From the NCBI GenBank assembly GCA_951406725.2, contig OX597823.1, positions 104,470,001-104,534,000 of the forward strand: a stretch of DNA of 64,000 nucleotides, written 5' to 3'. Position 1 is the first letter of the stretch; the number at the start of each line of letters is the position of its first letter. Below the pieces are notes generated by a model. The model had not been told where the DNA came from. It saw only the letters and a program-made list of their open reading frames with translations, and searched no databases. This DNA is from Octopus vulgaris. Taxonomy: Eukaryota. Position numbers and translations under genes: made by a program. Positions 44,493-58,090 of this stretch are shown here, piece by piece.

Positions 44493-44526
<34 letters not shown>
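43663..44526. repeat. Compound minisatellite [TTTATGTGGAACC(AT)n]
   Basis: About 20 units, some truncated; constant 13-mer with variable-length (AT)n spacers. Confidence 0.92.
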
Positions 44527-44530
<4 letters not shown>

Positions 44531-44535
44531 GTAAA

Positions 44536-44753
44536 ATGTGACAATTATTCGGTAGCTATGATAAAACTCCGAGTTTTGGATGTCGGGCTGGAAATCCATG
44601 CCACCATCTCTTCAGTTATCCGGCCGTTGGAAAAATGCTATGAAAAATAGCATTTATTCTGATGGCTGAATAACTGAAGAGATGGTGGCATGGGTTTCCA
44701 GCCCGACATCTGAAACTCGGAGTTTTATCATAGCTACCGAATAATTGTCACAT
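44536..44753. mobile_element. Long palindrome (~106 bp arms), Penelope-like inverted termini
   Basis: Arms differ by 8 transitions and 1 indel, loop GAAAA; contains a hammerhead motif; flanked by (TA)n. Confidence 0.65.
44670..44728 (+). ncRNA. Minimal type-I hammerhead ribozyme, canonical core, sense to SNX intron 1
   Basis: ATAA CTGAAGA GATG...CATC T GAAA CTCGGAG TT/ TTAT; the opposite-arm copy has GAAA changed to AAAA. Confidence 0.6.
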
Positions 44754-44833
44754 ATTATATTTACAGATAAATTCCTCTATTTACATAATATCGAGGTCTC
44801 TTTCATTCTTTTGTTGTCTTACTATTTCTATCA

Positions 44834-44910
<77 letters not shown>

Positions 44911-44924
44911 AATTGAACCAATCC

Positions 44925-45272
44925 TATGACTGGCACCCGGCAGATGCCAGGACCCCTGGACTGGAGATACGTAAAAAGCACTATCCGAATCGTGGCCGAA
45001 GCCAGTGCCGCCTTGACTGGCTTCCGTGCAGGTGACACGTAAAATGCACCAATCCGACCGTGGCCGATGCCAGCCTTGCCTGGCACCAGTGCAGGTGGCA
45101 CGTAAAAAGCACCCACTACACTCACGGAGTGGTTGGCGTTAGGAAGGGCATCCAGCTGTAGAAACATTGCCAGATAAGACCGGAGCCTGGTGCAGCCTTC
45201 TGGCTTCCCAGATCCCCGGCCGAACCGTCCAACCCATGCTAGCATGGAAAACGGACGTTAAACGATGATGAT
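44925..45272 (+). mobile_element. RTE 3'UTR fragment
   Basis: CACGTAAAAAGCAC units and GGACGTTAAACGATGATGAT end. Confidence 0.8.
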
Positions 45273-46591
45273 ATATACACCTATACGCTGTCCACTCCTC
45301 TCTGGATTGTGCCTCAGCGGTGTCAAATGGACGCCTGACGGACTGGTCGGTCAAAGTGATATACACACACACATACACACACTTGTTTCAGTCATTGTAC
45401 TGCAGCTTTAGTCAAATAAATTGACCCTGCTGTACTTGGATATTTTAAGTCTGGTATCCATTACCTCTTGGTTCTGGAAAAAGGGACAGTGCCTCTGAGT
45501 CTGGTAAGATTGGAACCATTTATGTTTCGCTAAAACTGTTGCAAAAAAAGTCATAAGCATATTACTCTGCCTGCCACTGACTTTGCATTATCAATTACCT
45601 CCTCCTTCCCGGGAACCTTCCATCCCTTATTCTCATTCCCCACTTCTTTTCTCCACAGTATTCTCCCTGTACACTTCCTTTCTGTACCTTTGAATAGCCA
45701 TCTCACCTCTACCATACTCCGTTACTTGGCAAACAGTGTTGGTTTGTTTACATCCCTGTAACTTAGCACTTTGGCAAAGAGACTAATAAGTATCAGACTT
45801 CAAAATGGTATCTCAGCATTGCTGAAGTTCAGTGACTACAACGAATAAAAGGTAAAATGTGTATCTGTGTTGTAAGTCTTGGAATGGCTTTGTGTTGGGG
45901 GTGGGCAGAGGTTTGGCAAAGATTTATATCACAAATATATGTTGTGTTGGAAAGCTTTCCATAAGTTTTTCACTATATTTCCCCAGTGGTCATTAATACC
46001 ATCTGGTGATGCAATTCTGGTGGTTGTTTGATAGACATAATAGCCATTTTGTCTCCTAAATCTTCCAAGCAATTGATAACTCATCATTATCAGGACTAAA
46101 GCCAACTTAAGTCTCATAAAATTTGCAGAGAAATAACATATTTATATCATTCATTGCTATAAATTTATGTAACAAACAATCAGACTTGTATAATAAAAGC
46201 AGTTAAAAAGTTTGGATTATATATTATGCTGAAGGATTCCAAATGAATTCTGATGAAATTGTTCTACTTTATCACAAATGCTGATATTAAGAAGAGCCAA
46301 TTGAAGGATGAAAATGTAATGTTTTGAATGGCAATTTTAATATTCTATCCTGTGACCGTCTAGATTTTTCTTATTTCACCAACAGATGGAAAGGGAGAGA
46401 ATAAACAGAATAGAGAAATATGGTTAGGAAGATTGTGAAGTTTGAAACCTGTTAAAAAGAGGAGAGAATGGTCATCAAGCTCTAATCTACTTGTGTGTTT
46501 TTGTTTCATGTAAGTTAGTCAAAGGAAGAAGGGCAGTGTTCATGACCTTTTGCAGCCAATTTTAGACCAGACATTTGATGTGATTGATGTT

Positions 46592-46875
46592 CATCATCGT
46601 TTAACGTCCACTTTCCGTTCTAGCATGGGTTGGACGGTTCGACTGGGATCTGGGAAGCCAGGAGGCTGCACCAGGCTCCAGTCTGATCTGGCAGTGTTTC
46701 TACAGCTGGATGCCCTTCCTAACACCAACCACTCCGTGAGTGTAGTGGGTGCTTTTTACGTGCCAGTGGAGGCTGGCAGTGGCCATGATCGGTTGGTGCT
46801 TTTTACGTGCCACCGGCACAGAAGCCAGTCAAGGCGGCGCTGGCATTGGCCACGTTCGGATGGTGCTTTTTACGT
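46592..46875 (-). mobile_element. RTE 3'UTR fragment
   Basis: Near-identical to 19870-20155. Confidence 0.8.
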
Positions 46876-48581
46876 TCATTTTAAATATTGGTAGGTCAAT
46901 ATCTGCATAAAAAAATCTAGGTAAAGGAGGTCCAAGTGGACCAAGTTTGGGGTAGAAAGATGAAGAAAAATTGTTTAATGTAGGATTTGCATGGCAAGAC
47001 AGAGTAGAGTGCAATAAGAGGGGGCAATCTATTGTTATAGGAGAGGGTAATACAATGGATTTATCAACTTGTGGTAGTGGTATGTTGGTGAACGGCTCTG
47101 GTAGTTAACCATATGACATTCTTATTTGCATGCAGTTTTGGATATTTGTGTGTGCATGTGGTGGGGATTCTCAACTTGATTTTAGATATTTTAAAATTTG
47201 GCTGAGAATTTTTTTAATGAATTGTAAAAGTGTTTACTGAAGCTCTCTTGATTTATCAATGTTGAAAACATGAAAGGAAAAGTTGTTAATCCAGGATTTA
47301 AATTCAGAATTTAGAAATTAAAATCATTTTCTCTTACTATAATCAATAAAAACAATAACAGATCTATTTTTTAAAATTTTGGAATATAGTTAGCAATGTT
47401 TGCAGGAGAGGTTTGCTGATTACATCAGTTCCAATATTTTACTGGTATTTTATTGACCTTGAAAGGATGAAAGTCAAAGTTGATTGGTGGGATTTGAACC
47501 AAGAATGTAATGAACTGAAAAAAAAAAAACCTTTTGTTTAATGCCCAAATTATTCTACCAATCCAACACTAATAGTAATGTTTTTGATTCGGGTCCAAGG
47601 TTGGCAGGTTTGAGGAGATAGGTTAGTTAAATCAACCAAAGCAATTGATTGGTTCTTTATCAACCCCAGAGGGAGCTGACATTGGTGAGATTTCAACTCA
47701 GAACATAAAGAGCTGAGAAAAATACCCTGAGACATTGCTATCGATCTCAGTACTTTGCAGGTACTTTATTTTATTGAACTCAGAAGGATGAAAAACAAAG
47801 TTGATTTAAAAAAAAAAATATTTTATTGATGAGTTTTTACTGATAATAATGATTTCATGTACTGGCACAAGGCCACATATTGGCTACCTGATTTAACTAA
47901 CCTAATTAGCTTTGTCCATATATATTTACATCTATGTGTATGTTTGGGCATGTGTGTGTACACATATATGTACATGTATATAAAATTTATCCTCAAGGGA
48001 TGATGAATTTAATTCTGCACTATACATCTTAATCATGAAGGTTTCTAACATGGGCACAAGGCCACACATTGTTTGGGTTATATCTTGTTAGTTATATCCA
48101 CCCACTGCTTATCTGCTATTTATTTATTGTTTCTCCCCACACACACTAAGGAAAGGAAAAAAAAATGTGGTTTTGAGTCAGCACATTTTTTAGCTTGGTT
48201 TCTACAGCTTGATGTCCCTCTTTCCAGTCACTTTCTAGAGAGCACTGGGTGCTTTCATTGTACTCAAGACCAAAGGAACCTCTTGACTCCGTCTCCTTGC
48301 TCACCAATCAGAATGAGAAAGATAAGGTATCAGGCAGATAGATGCATGAATGGTAGTGAGAAGTTCTAAAAGGATAAGTGTTCAGGATAGTATTTTGAAA
48401 TGTATACAGTCAAAGTAATGTGAGCAAGGGGGATGAAGTGATAATGAGCAATGTAACCCAGGAGATAATGACGACCAAGACAGAACCAGAATGTGTTGCT
48501 GAAAAGTAGTAGCAAGAGCATGGTGTCAGAATGAATGAAGACAGAGAACCAAGATGTGTTGGGGGGGAAAAGGAATATGCA

Positions 48582-48613
<32 letters not shown>

Positions 48614-50468
48614 AAGACACACATCATGATCTAATTGCCTTATAAAGTGGTTACTATTTAGCAAACATGTTTTTTGTTCAGAGCCATTAATATTGAAGTT
48701 TCATCATTAATTAATAATCAATAATCAGCTTTAGCTCCTTGTTTTCCTAATGAAAGTAAATTGGTTTCAAATTTTGGCACAAGGCTAGGTTTGAGGGAGG
48801 AGCTGAGTTGATTACATTGAACCCAGGGTTCAACTAGTACTTATTTTCTTGATCCCGAAAGGATGAAGGGCAAAGTCAGCCTTGGTGGAATTAGAACTCA
48901 CAATGTAAAGACAGACGAAATGCTGCTAAGCATTTTGCCCAGCATACTAATAATTCTGCCAGCTTGCTCACCTTACACTTGAAAATAAATTAAAAATTGT
49001 TTTCATTCATCTGTTCTCATCTAATACAACACCATCATAGTAGCTACATTACTAGGCTTTGGGTTACCAATTGTCAGTTTACTATAAAACTGTAGGTATG
49101 ACCATAGGGCTAATGTGCATCACTAATAGTTTAAAACCTCCGTAATGTAAGACGGATAGCTCAGTGGTGAAGAAGTCTGCCCTCAGTTGTGAGGTTTCAT
49201 GGTTGATTCTACTGTGTGGCAAGTTGGGCAAGTGTTTTTTTATGATGATTTGGGGTTCCTGTCAAGTTTGTAAAACAAGGAAGATAGAAATTCTGCAAAA
49301 GTCCATTGATTGGACTGAAGCTGTAATCTGAAAATCCTGCCCTTTAATAGCACAACCCTGCTATCTTGCTAAAAACCATCATATTGTACCCTTAGTGAAG
49401 AATATTTATTGTCTAGTTGTCCTGTTTGGCTAGAACACGATGGATTAAGGTAGTATGCTGTGAGAAGAGATATGATATTCTGGCAGTCCTCTTCATCAGG
49501 TCAGAGCTATTATAGCAGGCAATTACTATCAAGAATACTGTTTCAGTGTTGTCTGAGATAAATTATTTTGTGCAAGTTCTGCTTTTCATAGTCCTGACAA
49601 TAAAGAAAATTCTATTCCTGTTAGTGGTTTACATTTACAGCTAGGGAGACTGAGTCATAGAGAATTGCTTTGGGTTAAAGATATGTCACTGTAAAGACAA
49701 CTAGATACGAAACAGTAAACACTTGGTTTTCTAGTCTAACATTGTGTCAGATCAGCTGGCTGATGGTCTAATATGCTGTCAACTCAGTCTGTTGATGGTC
49801 TAACACTGGTCTAATGCATGGTATTGACTTAGCCAGCTGATGGTCTAAATATATCTACAAAGCTTGATGGATCTTTAAAAAAATGCATTTAAATCAAAAA
49901 TACAAAACACAATCCTTTCTTTATTCTCCAATTATGCTATCATATTACACTTGTTTTATTTTTTCCTGTTGTACCTCCTCCGCTCTTAATCTTTTTTTTA
50001 CATTTTTTCCCGTCTTTACTGTTTTTTCTAAACGCATAGCTTTCATTTATATTCACGAATTCTTGTTAATGGAACAAATTCCATATAAAGGCTGTAACTA
50101 ACTTAATGGAGAATTCTTCTGCAACTGGCAGAATGAAAAGTGGTTTTTAAGTGACTCAGAATGACGGAGATGGATTTTCTGACTTGATCGGCATAATTAG
50201 AAAAAAATCAGAAAGTAAAGAGGAATTAAGATGGAGAGGACCAAAATAATGGCTGGCTGTTGACATTATTGAAAGTTGAAATGAATACAGGACAATGGGG
50301 AATTTATAGCATAAATTCTAGAATGTTCTAGAGAGAAAGAGAGGGAAGGAGAGAATTAGTGAGAAGAGATATTACAAAAGGAAAATAAAAAAAAAATTCT
50401 GTATAAAAATATTTTCTTTGAGGAATGTAACCTCTCACAGCTCTTTAGCTAAATGCAAAAGACAAATC

Positions 50469-50865
50469 GGCATAGGTGCAGGTGTGGCTGTGTGGTAAGA
50501 AGCTTGCTTCCCTACCACATGGTTCTGAGTTCAGTCTCACTGCATGACACCTTGGGCACGTGTCTTCTACTATAGCCTTGGGCTGACCAAAACCTTGTGA
50601 GTAGATTTAGTAGATGGAAACTGAAAGAAGCCTGGCATATATTTATGCAGGTGTTTTTTTGTCTGTGTTTGTCCATCCACCATCACTTGACAACCAATGT
50701 TGATGTGTTTATGTATCCATAGCTTAGTGGTTTGACAAAAGAGACTGATAGAATAAGTACTAGGCTTACAAACCATAAGTCCTGGGATCAATTTCTTAGA
50801 CTAAAACCCTTTAAGATGGTGCACCAGCATTGCCACAGTCAAATAACTGAAACGTATAAAAGAAT
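50469..50865 (+). mobile_element. Same SINE family, full length
   Basis: GGTGTGGCTGTGTGGTAAGAAG head to CACAGTCAAATAACTGAAACG tail. Confidence 0.82.
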
Positions 50866-52628
50866 AGGGGAGAGATATATATTTGATGCAATGGATTTCA
50901 ATGTATTTTAGCTTTATTTTAGATGGAAGAAAGACAAATCCTTGCTAAGTCAAGGTTTGATTTTAAAACATTTAAATGGTTGAAATTAGTGCCACTCTGT
51001 TGTAGTTTTTTTTTTTTTTGTCATTTTTAAAAAATTCAAATTGTTCTAAGATAAATCTTCCAGTGGAGACTGCAGCCATCTTGGTTCTGTGCTGGAAGTA
51101 TAGAATGACTGTTTTCTCCATTCTATTGTTGGACATAATGGTGATATATAAAGATGGTGGGGCACAACTCCTCACAAACCACTTTAGCTGTTTTAGGCAT
51201 AATTCCTTATTCTGCACTTCACTCCAAAATCTATTGCTAGCAAAATGCCATGTGTTGTAGAGAAAGAATATATGTGATTGAATTTAACCCATCATCAATA
51301 TATTATTGGTACTTTGACAATCCTGTAAAGATGAACAGCCGAGTTGACTCTGGAAGGATTTAAGCTCTATTTCTCTACATTCCCACAGACATTTCATCTG
51401 GCATCGTTCCTTTCTACCTTCCACTAAGGTCTTCCACACCATAATTTCATAAGTAATAATTAGAAAACTTTCGTTAAGATATGAATTTAAAACACTGTCC
51501 AGTTGGGCATAACATCCATTTATCATGCTTCAGTCTCAACCATTCTACCATAATTAGCTGGACATATCATCCGTTTTACTATTCTTCTATTTAAGCCATC
51601 TCTACTATAATTAACTAGACATACTATCCACTCCACCAGTCTCAACCATCTCTACTTGTATGAATTTATGCAGTAGTTCTTGTCAGCTGAATCATTAGGG
51701 TGTCTTCTAACGAATGAGTTACATATCTTAATACTCCTGCTGCACCTTATGCTATCCATGGGCATAACACAAGCTCTTAATCGTCTTGTTTTCCTAGTTT
51801 TTTTTCTTCTTTTGCTGCTGTTGCTTAGCACTAAGTCAGTTTAGATAGAGCAAACCTTGATCATCAAAATTATTCCAGCAATGTATAATTTTTTTAGTAT
51901 ATATTTTTACAAACTTAGCATATCTAGAAACACAACTGATTTAGACATTGATATTGCTGCGTGTGTGTTTTGTATGTATATTTGCTTGTATATTATTGGG
52001 TGTATATTATTTGTTTGCTCATCTGCATATATTGAATATATTCATTCTTATTTTGAATCCTGTATTCTTTAATCACCTAAGTAGAAAATAATAGATGTTT
52101 TAAGTCAGGCAATAAAAATCATCTTGGCTTTCCATTTTTCAAATGATACATGGGGAAATGGAGGATTATCTGAATACAGGTGATATCTCTCTGTCAGTTG
52201 GCAGCAAACTCAAGTCATCATTGAATTGAAGCATCATTTCCCTTCATACCTCAGATTACTGATTATTGTCAGTATCAGCCTGTGAAGCAGTGGTTTTAAA
52301 CCGAATGCTAGGTCCCATCCCTTGTGGGTGTTGTGGGGTCCGATGGAGACCCTGTTGTGTTTTTTCTTAGAAATAGAGTATTAAAACCAGTTACAACACA
52401 ATTATTAAACACATTTAAAAAAAAAAAAAAATCTGTTTGTATTTGGTTATGGACAGGACACTTATCAGTGATCAAAAGATATAACTGATGATATACTAAT
52501 TTCTATTTTATTTTGTAAATCTTTAGTCCTTGTAACCATCTAAAAGGTGGTGCCTGCTAAAGTAAGGAACAATTCCTTTATTTCTTCTGACTAACCTTAT
52601 TAATATACTATTTTCTACACTACCAAAA

Positions 52629-52679
<51 letters not shown>

Positions 52680-53336
52680 TAAATGAGTGTATGTGTGTGT
52701 ATATATATATATATATGAATATGTCATGGAAAGGCTCTGTAACAGTGCATCCTTGTGAAAAAGGATTTGATTTTCAAAATCTGTATCCCAGCAACAAGGT
52801 TCCTGGTTATATCAAAATTTAATTTGCTATGAGAAATAACAACTTTCATATTGACAAATCTACCACCCTTTGTCTCCGCCAAGCTCTCTCTCTCTATATA
52901 TATATATTTACCACACTCTTTGTATATGGATCTCTCACACATACTGCTCTCCTCCCTCTCTCTCTTGATATGACATATTATTGCTTTCATTTTGTTTAAA
53001 ATTTCATCATCATAATGTTTGCTTTCATTTATGATAGTCAGCTATCACACAGAAAATGCTAGCTTCCAAATTCTGTTTTCCAGTTGGGTAAAAATGATCA
53101 AACTTTAAATCTTTGTAACATTTTTGTAAATTTTTTTCTGGAATAAATGAATCACAAAATCGAATTCAGCATGAAAAAGTACATCAATATACTAAATTGG
53201 AAAATTATCGCTTAATTTAAAAATTTCAAAATCTCTGACTTTAAAAGAAATTATCTCTTTCTACTTGTCTGTCTCTTTCATTTATGGTTTTCTCATTGTA
53301 AACTTCCCCCTCTCTATATATGTTTACCACACTCTC

Positions 53337-53379
<43 letters not shown>

Positions 53380-54049
53380 CTTGTTCTAATGTTGTGTGTA
53401 TGCATATGTGTAAGCAATTTCATTTGGGCGACAGTCGAAAGACCTTCACAAAGCATCAGCAACGAGCTAAGAATAATCTATACATTTATGGAAAACCAAA
53501 ACAAATGGCAAAACAAAAACTTAGTTTATCGATACATTATAAATTGCCTCAAATAATGCAGAAGTACGTCCTGATCAACAAGTCTGTCTGTCAAAGAAGA
53601 CAAAAAAAAAAAAAAATTGAAACAAAGACATTCTATTCTGAAAATTGTCCATCCAATAAATGTCCTAAAGCTGTATCATGCACGGGGACATAGAAATAAT
53701 CGGACTGAATACCCGATCGCGTGGTTAAACCATTGGGAGTGAAGGACTCCTAGCCTTTGTTAGGGCATCCTTCTAGGAGAAGGTAGCTCAGGTAACTAGG
53801 ATAACTCTAACATAAAACCTGTGGCTCAGTGGTTACCGATGATGTTGACTTGTTCTTCTTTTCGGATTATGGCTGCTGTTGCTTAGTGAGTGGGATTGAC
53901 TCAGTGCACAGCCTTTCCTCACTTAAAAAAAAAATCTTCTTGCACAGGCATTGCACGATAACAACATTGATTAAGCTTTGTGCAATGGCCATACTCGATA
54001 ACAAGGGGGCAGCCACCATATATATATATATATCTCAGAGTAAGCACAC

Positions 54050-54495
54050 ATCCGGCTGATCATACTAGCTTCATTCCTTGCAAGCTTACGCATGTCTTCA
54101 GCAGTCACAGCCCATGTTTCACTGCCATGTAGCATGGCTGTTCCTACACATGCATCATGCAGTCTGCCTTTTACTCTGAGCGAGAGGCCCTTTGTCACCA
54201 ACAGAGGTAGGAGCTCTCTGAACTTTGCCCAGGCTATTCTTATTCTAGCAGCTACACTTTCAGAGCATTGACTTGGTCACCTAGGTAGCGGAAGCTATCA
54301 ACTACTTCTAGTTTTTCTCCCTGGCATGTGACTGAAGCTGTTTTCTGCATGTTTTCAGTGTTTATTGTCCCTGAACATTTGCCACACGCAAAAACTATCT
54401 TCCCAGTTAGCCTTCCTTTGATATTGCTGCACCTCTTATGTGTCCATAGCTCACACTTGGTACATCTTATGGAGTTTCTACCTACACCTTTTCTA
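54050..54495 (-). mobile_element. Internal fragment of the same RTE family
   Basis: RKGVGRNSIRCTKCELWTHKRC...KLEVVDSFRYLGDQV and KGLSLRVKGRLHDACV match 29580-30030. Confidence 0.88.
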
Positions 54496-55904
54496 CTAAA
54501 GTTATACATATTACTAGGACCAATGTGAAATAGAAAAGAGCAGCAGTGGCTGCAAGACTTCTGCCCATCCTCCACAAAAAACCACCGTTTAAAAAAAACT
54601 CTTTTTTTTACACAACCCCTCCTTATCGTCTACAAGGAATATGAATCTGCCAAAAAATTGGCAAAAATTTTCTTTTTCAAAATATGCAGAAAAATACAGA
54701 CATTATGATTCGGTCAAATATTTCAAAACATTTCTCTAGTTACGGTTAGGGTCTTAGGGTTAGTGTTGGGGAAAAGAGTTAAAATTGAAGAATTTGGGGT
54801 GGGGGATTTCAGTGCTGATTTTTGAAACCTCTGTATCCGAAAATGGGGGTTTTTGGCAAAAAAAAATTTTTTTTAAATAAAGAAATTTGGGAGAAAATGT
54901 GTGTGGGGGGGACATGTGGAAGTCTTTCTGCAGTGGCATACATTGAAAATTTTTGCTGTTAATTCATTCATATATATTTTTTGTTTCAGATAATTAATAT
55001 AAAATTTCATTTTTGTATTTGTTTTGCAAGAATTTTGATATGAAACAATATTGAAACCAACATTTTATTTTGGAGGGCCATACTGCTAATAAATACATCT
55101 GCTGGTAGTGGCTCACTTCAGTTTTCTTTGTTCATTTTATGTCCATTTTACTATGTTAGCATGTGTAAGATGAAAACTATATTATTGAGTCAGTGTTTTA
55201 CAGGTGGATGTCTTTCAGGGATCCATTACATCATCTACCTTCGAAGGCAAAGAGCTAGCAGATAATTTGTTGAAACAGACTTTAGCATGCATGCATGCAT
55301 CCACACACACACACACACACACAATCACACAAGCAGACATGATAGGCTTCTTTCAGTTTCCATCCATCAAATCCACTCACAAGGCTTTGGTCAGTCTCGG
55401 GTATAGTTGACTCTTGCCCTATGTTTGAAACAGTAGGACTGAACCTGGAATCATGTTTGGGAAGCAAACGTCTTAACATGCAGCCACACCTATGCCTCTG
55501 TGTGTGTGTATGTGCATAAATGTATATATATAAGTATATGTATAGGTATATATGTGTGTATATCTGTGTGTGTGTATATGCACACACCCACTTTCACATA
55601 TACATGATGGACTTTATTCAGTTTCCATCTATCAGTTTCACTTGCATGATATTTAACCTGGGACTTTTGTAGAAGATATTTGCTCAAGGTGGGATTGAAC
55701 CTAAAACCACATAGCTGTGGAGCAAATTTCTTAACCACACAGCCATACCTGCATCTGACATATTGAAAAATATTTTTACAATATAACTGTAACTGAAGTG
55801 ACCCACAACCAGTATGCTTACATTTATTGGCAACATGATCCTCCCAATGTATTATAATATTATTGGCTTTAAGTAATTAATAATTTTTTCTTTTGATCTT
55901 TCAG

Positions 55905-56096
55905 CTTGAAAGCCTGGATTTAGATACGTCGTCAAAGTCTGAAATGACTGTGTCTTGTAGTTCAAGTCTAATAGCCAACTTCAAATTGGATGATGACTTT
56001 GATTCAGAAACTAGGGATTTATTTGTTATGGTTGATAATCCCGAGAAACACACAAGTACCTTGGAATCCTATATAACATTCCGGATTAACACTAAA
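55905..56096 (+). CDS. SNX30: Sorting nexin 30/7-like exon 2, start of PX domain
   Basis: Acceptor TTTTGATCTTTCAG|CTT, donor AAA|GTAAAC; encodes ...[30 protein letters not shown], close to the SNX30/SNX7 PX start ([27 protein letters not shown], from memory). SNX30 versus SNX7 cannot be resolved; probably a pro-ortholog of both. Confidence 0.88.
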
Positions 56097-56184
56097 GTAA
56101 ACATTTTCTTTTAATGATATTCATGATTTCCTCATACTTCCTAGCATTGCCAACATTATCATTGCTGTTATGCAAACAATATCG

Positions 56185-56843
56185 TCATTGCTATCATGCC
56201 AGCATTATCATCATTGCTATCATGTCAATGCTATCATCATTGCTATCATGTCAACGCTATCATCATTGCTATCATGTCAACGCTATCATCATTGCTATCA
56301 TGTCAACGCTATCATCATTGCTATCATGTCAATGCTATCATCATTGCTATCATGTCAACGCTATCATCATTGCTATCATGTCAACGCTATCATCATTGCT
56401 ATCATGTCAACGCTATCATCATTGCTATCATGTCAACGCTATCGTCATTGCTATAATGTCAACGCTATCATCATTGCTATCATGTCAACGCTATCCTCAT
56501 TGCTATCATGTCAACGCTATCATCATTGCTATCATGTCAACGCTATCATCATTGCTATCATGTCAACGCTATCATCATTGCTATCATGTCAATGCTATCA
56601 TCATTGCTATCGTGCTAGCATTATCATCATTGCTATCATGTCAACGCTATCATCATTGCTATCATGTCAACGCTATCATCATTGCTATCATGTCAATGCT
56701 ATCATCATTGCTATCATGTCAACGCTATCATCATTGCTATCATGTCAACGCTATCATCATTGCTATCATGTCAATGCTATCATCATTGCTATCATGTCAA
56801 CGCTATCATCATTGCTATCATGTCAACGCTATCATCATTGCTA
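56185..56843. repeat. 26-bp minisatellite CGCTATCATCATTGCTATCATGTCAA, ~25 copies
   Basis: Direct reading; the 26-aa period in the three plus-strand ORFs of the track confirms a 26 nt unit. Confidence 0.95.
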
Positions 56844-57448
56844 AAATGACAACACTATTGTCATTGCTGTCATTGCCATCATCAGTATTCTACCAACATT
56901 ATCATTATTATTGCCTGTGTTACCATAGATATCTTTGCCAATATAATGTTTCAGTATCATTGCCAACATCATCACCCTCTCTCTTAAGATATCTAACATC
57001 CTCTCGTTATCATAATTGCCAATACATACTTTTTAATTATCTAGTGTCAAACAAAGATGCTCTGTCATCTTTAGACATTAATGGTGGTTTAGTAATATCT
57101 GGGTGAAGTTAATTCAAACTTCTAGAAGCTAGTGGTAGTGTAAATCAAACATGGTGATTTGCAGAGTTTTTAAATCTGGAGGAAAAGGATTAGGAATGTA
57201 CAAGGAAGTTTAGGAATGAGAGAAATGATAGGTTCTATGGTAGGAAAGAGACTGGATCACCAAGTGATTTTTAAGTAGGAGTTAGACAAAAAAATAGAAT
57301 TCAGATAAGCAGTAGTGGTACAAGAGAAAAACAGAGTGTACAAGTTATACAATAGATCTGAAAGTATAGAATATTGGGGATTGAAGGTTTGTTTGAAGTT
57401 TGGCATATGTAGTCTGCAATATATTACCTTTCAATGTGCTTCAATTTA

Positions 57449-58090
57449 AGGCGGCGAGCTGGCAGAATCATTAGCAAGCTGGGGAAAATGCTTAGTGGCA
57501 TTTTGTTCGTCTACATTCTGAGTTCAAATACCTATTTCTTTACTACCCACAAGGAGCTAAACACAGAGGGGACAAACAAGGACAGACAAACGGATTAAGT
57601 CGATTACATCAACCCCAGTGCGTAACTGGTACTTATTTAATCAACCTCGAAAGGATGAAAGGCAAAGTTGACCTCGGTGGAATTTGAACTCAGAACATAG
57701 CAGCAGACGAAATACCTATTTCTTTACTACCCACAAGGGGCTAAACACAGAGGGGACAAACAAGGACAGACAAACGGATTAAGTCGATTACATTGACCCC
57801 AGTGCATAACTGGTACTTATCGACCCCGAAAGGATGAAAGGCAAAGTCGACCTCGGTGGAATTTGAACTCAGAACATAACGGCAGACGAAATACGGCTAT
57901 GCATTTCGCCTGGCATGCTAATGTTTCCGCCTGCTCGCCACCTTCTGAGTTCAAATACCTCTGAGGTCCATGATTGCCTTTCATCATTTCAGAGTCGATA
58001 AAATAAGTACCAGTTGGGCACTGGGGTCGGTGTAATTGACTTACTCCTTTCCCCAATTTGCTGGCCTTGTGCTGATATTTGAAACCAGTG
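57449..58090. mobile_element. Second SINE family (GCCTTTCATCCTTTCGGGGTCGATAA core): plus copy interrupted by an inverted tandem dimer of itself
   Basis: 18 bp TSD TTCTGAGTTCAAATACCT at 57516 and 57943; two ~185 bp tandem units inside; relatives at 39870-40010, 40370-40485, 40985-41165, 48765-48975. Confidence 0.8.

Noticed and set aside
43663-44526. CRISPR-like repeat-spacer appearance
   Set aside because: The repeat is only 13 bp, spacers are pure (AT)n, the context is eukaryotic and there are no cas genes.
53690-53980. Possible RTE 5'UTR (GGGCATCCTTCTAGGAGAAGG) with an HDV-like ribozyme
   Set aside because: Resemblance is from memory only, and a nested double pseudoknot could not be built by eye.
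54739-54770. Telomere-like TTAGGG words
   Set aside because: Only two exact units in a degenerate context, likely inside an old repeat; not an interstitial telomere array.
56114-57106. 330-aa His/Cys-rich ORF
   Set aside because: Product of the 26-bp minisatellite read through all frames; intronic.
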